This document shows, one piece after another, positions 19,216 to 26,917 of a DNA stretch of 64,000 bases. Made by a program: the position numbers and the translations under genes. Position 1 is the first letter of the stretch, and each line of letters opens with the position of its first letter. Origin of the DNA: a bacterium (GTDB lineage: Bacteria > Actinomycetota > Acidimicrobiia > Acidimicrobiales > CATQHL01); the NCBI GenBank assembly GCA_028824415.1, contig JAPPDX010000106.1:52357-116356 (forward strand). Reading direction: 5' to 3'. The notes beneath the pieces were generated by a model. The model was not told the DNA's origin. It made no database searches and saw only the letters and a list, made by a program, of their open reading frames with translations.

Positions 19216-21004
19216 GAGGATCTCCCCCCGTAACCGCCGCCAGGATCAGTTCATTCCCGCCGGCGGCCGGCGGCGGAATTTTGAGACGGCGGACGGCGAT
19301 CTGGGCCAACTCGGCGAATGCGGGCGCGGCCGCGCTCCCGCCGAAGATGGTGGCCGTGGGCTCGTCGATCACGACGATCAGGGAGAGTTCGGGATCCGAT
19401 GCCGGGAGGAAGCCCACGAACGTGGCGACATAGCTGTAGTTCCCGGCCGCGTCGGCGTAACCGCCGCCGGGGCGCGGCTTGCGGGCGGTGCCGGTCTTCC
19501 CCGCAACCTCGTAACCCTCGACCGCGGCCCGCCGGCCGGTCCCGCTCTCCACGACCTCGCCCAGGATCCGGCGCATGTGAATCGCCGCCGTGCTGGAGAC
19601 GACTCGCCGCGGTTCGATAACGGGATCCGGGCTCGTGACGGCGCCCTCGGGGCCGGTCACGTCCGCCACGATCCGCGCCGGGACGTAGACACCGTCGTTG
19701 GCGATGGTGTTGAAGGCCTGGAGGAGTTGCAGCGCCGTCAGTGAGACACCCTGGCCGATCGAGATGGTCGCCAGCGAGGTTCCCGACCAGTTCGTCACGG
19801 TCGGCAGGAGCCCCGCGGACTCCCCGTACAGCCCGAGCCCGCTGCGGGCTCCGAGCCCGAAGCGGCGCAGGTAGTTGTCGAGTCCCGTCGCACCGAGTCG
19901 CTCGCCCCAAAGGATCGTCCCGATGTTCGACGACTCCACGACGATGTCCCGAACCGAGTAGTCGAGGACCGGGTGCGGCGTGTAGTCCGTGAATTCCGAA
20001 TCGTGCACCACCAGGCGGTCGGGGACCGCGCTGGTCGTGGCCGGAGTGGCCAGCCCGGCGTCCAGCACGGCGGAGAAGGTGAGACCCTTGATCGCCGATC
20101 CGGGCTCGAACGCCCAGGTGACGGCTTTGTTCTCAGCACCCGTGACCACCTCCCCGGACTCGTCGCGGGTTGCGGTGGACATGGCCAGGATCTCGCCGGT
20201 TGCCGGGCGGGCGAGAATGATCACCCCGCCGGCCGCGTCGGTCTCGCGCACCTGGTCCGCCAGGATCCGGGCAGCCTCGAACTGCAACAACCCGTCGACG
20301 GTGAGCCGCAGGTCGGCGCCGTCGACGGCGAGGACCGACTCGCTGACGCCCCCGGGAACGCTGCGGCCTCCCGGATACATCTCGCGGACCTCCGAACCGT
20401 CCCTGGCGGCCAGTACGTCGTCGTGAAGCAGTTCGATGCCGGAGATGCCCTTGTGGTCGGTGCTCACTGAGCCAACGATCTCCACGGCGAAGTCGCCCAG
20501 CGGGTACTCGCGACGGAGTTCGGGCACTGTGCCGACGCCTGCCAGATCCAGTTCCCGCACCGCCGTGGCCTGTTCGGGAGACACCTGGTGTTGCAGGTAG
20601 ACGAACCGGCCCGGCACCGACATCTTCTGGGCGAGGGGCTCTGCCTCGGCACCGAGAATCGGGGCCAGCGCGCTTGCCACGGCGAACGGGTTGTCGATCA
20701 TCAAGGGATCCGCGTAGACCGCCGACCACTCCACCGACGTCGCCAGCGGCTCCCCCGAACGGTCCAGGATGTCTCCTCGCACGCCCATCACGGCGCTCTC
20801 CTGAAGGCGATGATCCCTGGCCCACTCCAGGATTCGCTCGTCCTCGCGGAACTGGAGCTCGAAGGTCCTGGAGACGAGCGTGCCGGCCATCGCCAGCATC
20901 GCCAGCACGAGGACGGCCCGCCGGCCACCGGAGCGGTAACCCCGCGGCCCGGCGCCGCCCACGCCTCCTGCGACGTGTGACCGGCCACGAGTGGTCCTGC
21001 TCAC
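19208..21004 (-). CDS. ftsI: class B penicillin-binding protein / septal transpeptidase FtsI
   Basis: N-terminal TM helix, PBP dimerisation domain, and transpeptidase motifs 'SAIK' (SxxK), 'SSN' and 'KTGTA'. Confidence 0.9.
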   Translation of the reverse strand: MSRTTRGRSHVAGGVGGAGPRGYRSGGRRAVLVLAMLAMAGTLVSRTFELQFREDERILEWARDHRLQESAVMGVRGDILDRSGEPLATSVEWSAVYADPLMIDNPFAVASALAPILGAEAEPLAQKMSVPGRFVYLQHQVSPEQATAVRELDLAGVGTVPELRREYPLGDFAVEIVGSVSTDHKGISGIELLHDDVLAARDGSEVREMYPGGRSVPGGVSESVLAVDGADLRLTVDGLLQFEAARILADQVRETDAAGGVIILARPATGEILAMSTATRDESGEVVTGAENKAVTWAFEPGSAIKGLTFSAVLDAGLATPATTSAVPDRLVVHDSEFTDYTPHPVLDYSVRDIVVESSNIGTILWGERLGATGLDNYLRRFGLGARSGLGLYGESAGLLPTVTNWSGTSLATISIGQGVSLTALQLLQAFNTIANDGVYVPARIVADVTGPEGAVTSPDPVIEPRRVVSSTAAIHMRRILGEVVESGTGRRAAVEGYEVAGKTGTARKPRPGGGYADAAGNYSYVATFVGFLPASDPELSLIVVIDEPTATIFGGSAAAPAFAELAQIAVRRLKIPPPAAGGNELILAAVTGGDPRG

Positions 21005-21372
21005 GGGGCCGGAGGGGTGGCCGGGTCCAGGAAGTTGACCGTCGCCGGCGGCACCATTCCGAGTCGGTCGCGAGCCTCGGTGGCCAAGCGTGCCGGTGAG
21101 AGCAGTTCGGCGCGCCGGAGGCGCAGCTCACGGTCCAGGCTGACCGCGTCGTCGATCTGCCGGTCCAGTTGATCTATGCGCCCCTGAGCCTGCGTGACCA
21201 CGGCCTGGAGGACACCGATCGCGAACAAGCCGCTGAGCAGAACGACCACCACGCGCAGGACGATGCGGCGAAGGTGGTTCGACTTAGGCCGCTCGCTTCC
21301 CACGACCCGGAGCCGCGATTGTGCCTCGACCTGCGGGGTCGGCGCCTCGGGGGTTCGCAACGGTCTGCTCAT
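21001..21372 (-). CDS. ftsL: FtsL-like septum formation protein
   Basis: 123 aa with a basic N-terminus, one TM helix and a short coiled coil. Conserved slot between rsmH and ftsI, with 4-nt overlaps on both sides. Confidence 0.6.
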   Translation of the reverse strand: MSRPLRTPEAPTPQVEAQSRLRVVGSERPKSNHLRRIVLRVVVVLLSGLFAIGVLQAVVTQAQGRIDQLDRQIDDAVSLDRELRLRRAELLSPARLATEARDRLGMVPPATVNFLDPATPPAP

Positions 21373-22319
21373 GCCGCGACCGCCGGGAGCTTTTCGAAGG
21401 AGCGCAGCCGGGCGCTGGCGGCGCGAGGGTTGCGGCGGGTCTCCGCCGCGCCGGGCCGGGCCGCGCCGCGGGACAGCAGCCGGACGCTGCCGACGGCGCC
21501 ACAGACGCAGGGAAGCCGAGGCGGGCAGCTACAGCCACCTGAGGCGGCCACCGCCAGGGTGTCCTTCACGAGGCGGTCCTCCCCGGAGTGGTAGCTGAGC
21601 ACCACTCCCCTGCCGCGAGGCACCAGATGATCGATAGCCTGCGTGAGAGCCGGGGCGATCTGGGTAAGTTCCTCATTGACCGCGATCCGCAGCGCCTGGA
21701 AGCTGCGCTTCGCCGGATGCCCGCCGCGACGGCGGTGGCGGGCCGGGATGGCGGCGCGCACGACCTCGGCCAACTCGACGGTGTCGCGCAGGGGGCGGTG
21801 AGACACGATGGCCCGGGCGATCCGGTGAGCACTGGGTTCGTCCCCGTACTCCCTCAGCAGACTCCTCAGGCGCTCGGCCGGCCACTCATTGACGATCTGC
21901 GCGGCAGAGAGTTCCGCTCCAGGATCCATGCGCATGTCGATCGGACCGGCGGCCCGGTAGCTGAACCCCCGATCGGGGGTATCGAGTTGCATCGAACTGA
22001 CCCCGAGATCGAAGACCACCCCCGAGAGGGCGCCGATCCCCAACTCGGCGAGCGTCGCGCCCAGGTCGGCAAACCTGCACCGGTGCAGCCGGACCCGGCC
22101 CGGGAGACGCCGGGCGGCAGTGGCCAGCGCCGAGGGGTCCCGATCCAGCCCGACGAAACTCAGATCGGGGCGGTGCGCCAGCATGGCCGCGGTGTGACCG
22201 CCGGCTCCGACCGTGGCATCGAGCAGAACCCCCGCCGGGATCGGCTTCAGGACCTCGGTGACCTCACGGACCATGACGGGGTTGTGCCCTCCGTTGCGGA
22301 GGTCCTCATCGATGCTCAT
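21369..22319 (-). CDS. rsmH: 16S rRNA (cytosine1402-N4)-methyltransferase
   Basis: 'HNPVMVREV', 'DATVGAGGH', 'FDLGVSSMQLD' and 'SYHSGEDR' motifs. Confidence 0.95.
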   Translation of the reverse strand: MSIDEDLRNGGHNPVMVREVTEVLKPIPAGVLLDATVGAGGHTAAMLAHRPDLSFVGLDRDPSALATAARRLPGRVRLHRCRFADLGATLAELGIGALSGVVFDLGVSSMQLDTPDRGFSYRAAGPIDMRMDPGAELSAAQIVNEWPAERLRSLLREYGDEPSAHRIARAIVSHRPLRDTVELAEVVRAAIPARHRRRGGHPAKRSFQALRIAVNEELTQIAPALTQAIDHLVPRGRGVVLSYHSGEDRLVKDTLAVAASGGCSCPPRLPCVCGAVGSVRLLSRGAARPGAAETRRNPRAASARLRSFEKLPAVAA

Positions 22320-22340
22320 GGTGCCGTCGCACCTGCGGTC

Positions 22341-22463
22341 CGCCGCTCAGCAATCCCCCGGCTGCCAGGACCTCGCGGCGATTCGTTCCGTCGCAAGGAA
22401 GGTGGCAAGTGGGCGGAGTAGGGGTTGCTGTCCTCCTGCCAGCCGGGGGATTGCTGAGCGGCG
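22341..22463 (-). ncRNA. long hairpin RNA element in the mraZ-rsmH spacer (candidate mraW-motif-type leader)
   Basis: 22341..22364 (cgccgctcagcaatcccccggctg) is the perfect reverse complement of 22440..22463. Pairing continues imperfectly inward (cagga/tcctg). About 58 nt are enclosed, and there is no credible ORF. Confidence 0.5.
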
Positions 22464-22483
22464 AACGAGCACGTACAGGTCGT

Positions 22484-22954
22484 TCACAGCCAACTGCTCT
22501 CGGACCAGGTGCCCAGGCCCGTCTCGTCGGTGTAGGCGTCGGCACCACCGACGGTCTCCAACCAGATCTCGCGATTCCAGAGTTCGATCCGCTCCCCGAC
22601 ACCGGCGACGAAGACCCGGGCGTCGTCGCCGGCGGCATCGACCTGCAGCACCTCGCGCAGCGGCTCGGGCACCACGATGCGCCCCTGGGAGTCGGGCCGG
22701 ACGGGATAGCCATTGCCGGAGAACCAGCGGAGCAGGTTCTGCCCCGCGCCGCGGGAGCGAACCTCCTCCTCGAGCCGGCGGTACGCGGCATCGAAACTCG
22801 TCTGCCGCCACAGACCCAAACAGGGGCTGCCGGGAACGCGACCCAGGACGCATCGATCCTCTGCGTCGACTCCCCCTCGAAACTCCGGCGGGAGCGAGAC
22901 GCGCCACTTCCCGTCGATGCAGCGCTCATGATTCCCGGAGAATGTTCTGTCCAT
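22484..22954 (-). CDS. mraZ: transcriptional regulator MraZ
   Basis: ORF 22484..23062. ATG 22954 gives 'MDRTFSGNHERCIDGKWRVSLPPEFR', the SpoVT/AbrB-like MraZ N-terminus, and the second repeat is present. First gene of the dcw cluster. Confidence 0.9.
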   Translation of the reverse strand: MDRTFSGNHERCIDGKWRVSLPPEFRGGVDAEDRCVLGRVPGSPCLGLWRQTSFDAAYRRLEEEVRSRGAGQNLLRWFSGNGYPVRPDSQGRIVVPEPLREVLQVDAAGDDARVFVAGVGERIELWNREIWLETVGGADAYTDETGLGTWSESSWL

Positions 22955-23021
22955 GGCGTGTGGATTCTCACGAACTCGGCACCGCGGGTTGGGCACGGCG
23001 CGGGTGTTCTCTTCGGACTGC

Positions 23022-23093
23022 AGTATAGGGATTGCTCCCCGCTGTTCACCACAATAGACCACTCTGCCCCACTCAGCAAGGAAAGCAACCCAC
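23022..23093 (-). promoter_or_regulatory. putative Pmra promoter with a phased GTGG(G/T) box array (MraZ operator)
   Basis: On the minus strand, boxes GTGGG (23093..23089), GTGGG (23072..23068), GTGGT (23062..23058) and GTGGT (23052..23048) start 21, 10 and 10 bp apart. TATACT (23027..23022) lies about 16-17 bp after a GTGAAC that overlaps the proximal box. Confidence 0.5.
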
Positions 23094-23163
23094 TGGGGGG
23101 TACCTGGACGACCACGCTGCGCTCCCGGGACCGGTGGCCGGGAGAGTCGGAGCGAGAGACGCG

Positions 23164-23880
23164 CTAGCGACCCGCGTCTACCTGGTCAAGCTCCTCGACC
23201 AGAGCGCCCAAGACCAGTCGCTCGGGGAGGTCGAGCCCCAGCGCGCAGGCCGCGAGATCGCGTCTCAACGCCCCACGCTGCTCCGCCGGCAGCACGAGCA
23301 CGTCGGCGAGACCGTCGGGATCCCAGCGTCGCAGCAGGCCGCACTGGAAGCGCGCCCCCGCACTGCTGCGCCGCTGGGACAGGCCGACCACCTTCCGTCC
23401 CGACACGAACACCTCGCCGGGGCCGCTCCCGGCGAAGCAGACGAGCGACCCCCAGGCGCCGGGCTCGAAGCGGTCCCGGTAGACCTCCGCGCTGATCCCG
23501 CAGCGGCCCAGGACGCTCCGCCAGAGTTCCCCGAGCCAGAGGAAGGCCCGTCCCACATCGGGATGCCAGAGCGGGTCGTCCCTCGGCACCCAAACGTCGA
23601 CCCACAGCAGGTCGGCCGGCGAGACGAGGACCACTCCCCCGCCCGAGCGGCGGCGCACGATCGCAAGCCCATGACGGCGCGCGGCCGCCGCATCGACCAC
23701 GACGGCGCGCTGCCCGCTGCCGACAACGACAGCGCCCCCACCGGGCCGCATGATCCAGACCTCCCGGCGCGGGCGGGCCCCGGCTGCGATCCCGTGCAGG
23801 GCGCGCACCGATCCGGCGCGCTCGATGATGCTCCAGGATGCAGGCGAGGGGCCCGGTGCAGCGGCCTCGCCGCGCCTCAC
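23164..23880 (-). CDS. lipoate-protein ligase (BPL/LPL catalytic domain) family protein
   Basis: ORF 23164..24039. 'IVRRRSGGGVVLV' and 'CFAGSGPGEVFVSGRKVVGLSQRR' fit the LplA/LipB-type catalytic core. GTG 23880 overlaps the HNH stop (GTGA). Confidence 0.65.
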   Translation of the reverse strand: MRRGEAAAPGPSPASWSIIERAGSVRALHGIAAGARPRREVWIMRPGGGAVVVGSGQRAVVVDAAAARRHGLAIVRRRSGGGVVLVSPADLLWVDVWVPRDDPLWHPDVGRAFLWLGELWRSVLGRCGISAEVYRDRFEPGAWGSLVCFAGSGPGEVFVSGRKVVGLSQRRSSAGARFQCGLLRRWDPDGLADVLVLPAEQRGALRRDLAACALGLDLPERLVLGALVEELDQVDAGR

Positions 23881-24386
23881 GCCGACAGGGCTCGGTCGTC
23901 GCGTAGGTAGGCGCTCCACTGGTCGGGGACCTCGCCGGCGCTGAGGCGGATGAGCGTGGTCCACGTCGGCGGCTGTGGCGTCCGTCGCAGCCGCATGCCG
24001 ATCTCGCTCGGGAGACGGTCGCGCTTGGCGGTGTTGCAACGCCTGCAGGCCGCCACCACGTTGTCCCAGGTGTGCCCGCCACCGCGGCTGCGGGGACGGA
24101 CGTGGTCGATGCTGTCGGCCCGATGACCGCAGTACTGGCAGCTGTGATCGTCCCGCGCCAGCACGCCGCGGCGGCTCAACGAGCCGCGCCGCAGGTACGG
24201 CACCCGCACGTAGTACTGCAGTCGAACCACCGACGGAATCTGGACGCTCAGATTCTCCGATCGCAGCACGGTGCCACTGAGGTGCACCGCGTCGGCCTTC
24301 CCGTCAAGCACCAGCACGGCGGCGCGACGACCCGGTACCACGCTCAGCGGTTCGTTCGTGGCGTTGAGCACCAGGGCCTGGGTCAT
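23877..24386 (-). CDS. HNH endonuclease-family protein
   Basis: ORF 23877..24416. 'CQYCGHRADSIDHVRPRSRGGGHTWDNVVAACRRCN' is an HNH/zinc-finger core. ATG 24386 (MTQALVLNATNEPL). Confidence 0.85.
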   Translation of the reverse strand: MTQALVLNATNEPLSVVPGRRAAVLVLDGKADAVHLSGTVLRSENLSVQIPSVVRLQYYVRVPYLRRGSLSRRGVLARDDHSCQYCGHRADSIDHVRPRSRGGGHTWDNVVAACRRCNTAKRDRLPSEIGMRLRRTPQPPTWTTLIRLSAGEVPDQWSAYLRDDRALSA

Positions 24387-24420
24387 GGACCCACAAGCTA
24401 GCCCCATGGCACGCAATGCC

Positions 24421-24681
24421 TCACGACTTCCGGACGCACACCCGCCTGAAGGATCGTGCCCATCGCAACCAGGCCACGATGTCGGCTGTCGCGGGCCGCC
24501 GCTGGGGATCGCCGTAGGCGGTCACGGAGCGAAACGCCCGGTACGGCCCCGAGGCGGCAGCCGGGACCTGGCGCAGCGCCTCCGGCCAGAGCCACGGGCG
24601 GCGGAGGATCGCCCAACCCGCCGCAAGAAACAGATCGCTGGACCGGCGTCGCTGGAGAATGCGACTTGTCGGGCCCACCAC
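24421..24681 (-). CDS. hypothetical small Trp/Arg-rich protein
   Basis: 86-aa ORF with mostly G/C-ending codons, ending 35 nt upstream of the HNH gene on the same strand. No family recognised. Confidence 0.45.
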   Translation of the reverse strand: MVGPTSRILQRRRSSDLFLAAGWAILRRPWLWPEALRQVPAAASGPYRAFRSVTAYGDPQRRPATADIVAWLRWARSFRRVCVRKS

Positions 24682-24783
24682 CGGCGTACCCTAATGGGGC
24701 GCGGGAGCGCCCGTTGGGTTCGGCCCGGAACACCATCGGGACCCGTGCGGAACCGCAGCCGAGTACACACCGGATCTGCCAGA

Positions 24784-25773
24784 GTGAGCAACGCCAACCC
24801 CGAGCCAACATCCGCCGCTCCGGCCCAGGGCGGTTTCGCGACGACCTTCGAGGCCATTGCAGCCAACGTCGAGCGCGTCATCAAGGGCAAGCGCCGCCTC
24901 GTCAGGCTCCTGCTGCTCTGCCTGTTCGCCGAGGGGCACGTGCTCCTGCGCGACCCCCCGGGTGCCGGCAAGACCATGCTCGCCAAGACGGTGGCACGCA
25001 CCCTGGGACTCGAATTCGGCCGCGTGCAGTTCACGCCCGATCTGCTCCCCAGCGACGTCGTTGGAGTGTCGCTGTGGAACCCGGTTCGCAACGCCTTCGA
25101 GTTCAGGCAGGGTCCGGTGTTCGCCGGGCTCCTTCTGGCCGACGAGATCAACCGCACGTCGCCCCGCACGCAATCGGCGCTACTCGAGGCAATGGCGGAG
25201 CGCCAAGTCACCGTGGACGGCATTACGCACCCCCTTGCCTCGCCCTTCCTGGTGATCGCCACGGAGAACTCCGAGGAGATCGAAGGCACGTTCCCGCTTC
25301 CCACCAGCCAGCTCGACCGCTTCCTCATGAGCCTCAGTGCCGGGTTCCCCGATCGTGCCGCGGAGGCGGAGATCCTGGACTCCCAACTCACCGGGGATCC
25401 GCTGGAAGGGCTGGCAGCCGTCACCGACACAGCCTCCGTACAGGCGATGATCCAGTCGGTGCGGGCGGTTCACGTGGCTCCGGCCGTACGCGACTACCTC
25501 GTGGATCTCGCCTTCAACAGCCGCGCGCACGGCGCCATCGCCGGCGGGATGTCGCCACGCGCCGTACTGGGACTGCAGCGTGTGGCACAGGCCAGGGCCG
25601 CCGCCGCCGGACGCAACTTCGTTCTGCCCGACGACGTGAAGGACGTCGCCCGGCCGATCCTGCTCCACCGCATCACCCTGCACCAGAGTGCTCAACTCAA
25701 CGGGATGACTCCCGCCGCCGTGATCGAGGAGATCCTGACCGACACCCCCAGCCCGCCGGTCAGCGTTCGCTGA
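24784..25773 (+). CDS. MoxR-family AAA+ ATPase
   Basis: In frame with ORF 24271..25773. GTG 24784. Walker A 'PPGAGKTMLAK', Walker B 'LLADEINR' and 'FLVIATENS'. Confidence 0.9.
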   Translation: MSNANPEPTSAAPAQGGFATTFEAIAANVERVIKGKRRLVRLLLLCLFAEGHVLLRDPPGAGKTMLAKTVARTLGLEFGRVQFTPDLLPSDVVGVSLWNPVRNAFEFRQGPVFAGLLLADEINRTSPRTQSALLEAMAERQVTVDGITHPLASPFLVIATENSEEIEGTFPLPTSQLDRFLMSLSAGFPDRAAEAEILDSQLTGDPLEGLAAVTDTASVQAMIQSVRAVHVAPAVRDYLVDLAFNSRAHGAIAGGMSPRAVLGLQRVAQARAAAAGRNFVLPDDVKDVARPILLHRITLHQSAQLNGMTPAAVIEEILTDTPSPPVSVR

Positions 25774-25783
25774 TCGGACGGCC

Positions 25784-26917
25784 GTGACGCGGGCCGGCGT
25801 ACTCGCGCTGCTCTCCGCCCTGGTGCTCGGGGCGGCCGCCCTGCTGTTCGGACTGCCGGAGTTGTTCCTCGTCGCGGCGGTGTGCGGAGGGCTGATCGTC
25901 CTGGCCGGCGTGACCGTGTCGCTGCGGCCCCCGCTGCGCGCGGCGTGTGATCCGGGTCGCCGGCGCGTCCCCTGCGGCACTCCGCTGCAAATCCAGATCC
26001 GACTCCGCAACGTGGCCAGGCGGCGCGCCGCCGCGGCGGCCGACATCTTTGACGATTCGAGCGATCGTCCGGGACCGGTCCTCCGATTGGGGCGGATGCC
26101 CTCGGGAGCGATCGTCGAGGACCACTACCACCTCGCCACGCACAGGCGCGGCTGGCGCGAGACAGGACCTGTCTGGCTCGAGGCGGAGGACGCCTTCGGC
26201 TTGGCGCGTCGCCGCCACCGACTTGCCCCGCCGGGTCGTGTGCTGGTGTGGCCCGAGATCGCCGACCTGGCGGCGCTGCCGGACACCGTCGAGCAGGCCA
26301 CCGAGCGACGCAGGAACGCCCGGCTCGTGGCGGGCACCGCCACCGACTTCCACAGCCTGCGCCGGTTCGAACCCGGCGACGACCCTCACCGGATCCACTG
26401 GCCGTCGAGTACCCGCTACCAGGAACTGCTGGTGCGCCGATTCGAGACCGTCCAGCAACCGGAAACCCTCCTCTTCCTGGACACCGGCCAGAATGCCGCG
26501 ACCCCCGAGACCTTTGAGCGAATGGTCTCCGCCGCCGCCGGCCTGGCCGTGATGGCCAGCGCCGAGTCCGGTTCGGTCCGCTTGTTGACCAGCAGCGGTG
26601 CCGAGGTGCGCGCCACCGGCCCACCCACCGGCGTGCTCGATGCGCTGGCCCTCGTGGCTCAGGCCCCCGCCGGCCGAGGTGCCGCGCGGCTGCCCGTCGG
26701 CGCGGCACGGATGATCCTGCTGGCGGTCGTCGGCGGCGGTGTCGACCACCCGGATTTGGCGCTGGACCGGCTCGATGGGCGACGGATCATCCTCAGCTTC
26801 TGGCAGGACGAACCTCCGGAGGAACACCGAGACGTTCTGGCCGTCGGTCCGCACGAGTCGGTTGTCGAGCGCTGGGACGCGTTCCGCATGGTTCGCGACG
26901 GCACTCCAGCCCGATGA
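25784..26917 (+). CDS. DUF58-domain protein (MoxR partner)
   Basis: Two N-terminal TM helices and 'DFHSLRRFEPGDDPHRIHWPSSTRYQELLVRRFE'. Confidence 0.85.
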   Translation: MTRAGVLALLSALVLGAAALLFGLPELFLVAAVCGGLIVLAGVTVSLRPPLRAACDPGRRRVPCGTPLQIQIRLRNVARRRAAAAADIFDDSSDRPGPVLRLGRMPSGAIVEDHYHLATHRRGWRETGPVWLEAEDAFGLARRRHRLAPPGRVLVWPEIADLAALPDTVEQATERRRNARLVAGTATDFHSLRRFEPGDDPHRIHWPSSTRYQELLVRRFETVQQPETLLFLDTGQNAATPETFERMVSAAAGLAVMASAESGSVRLLTSSGAEVRATGPPTGVLDALALVAQAPAGRGAARLPVGAARMILLAVVGGGVDHPDLALDRLDGRRIILSFWQDEPPEEHRDVLAVGPHESVVERWDAFRMVRDGTPAR

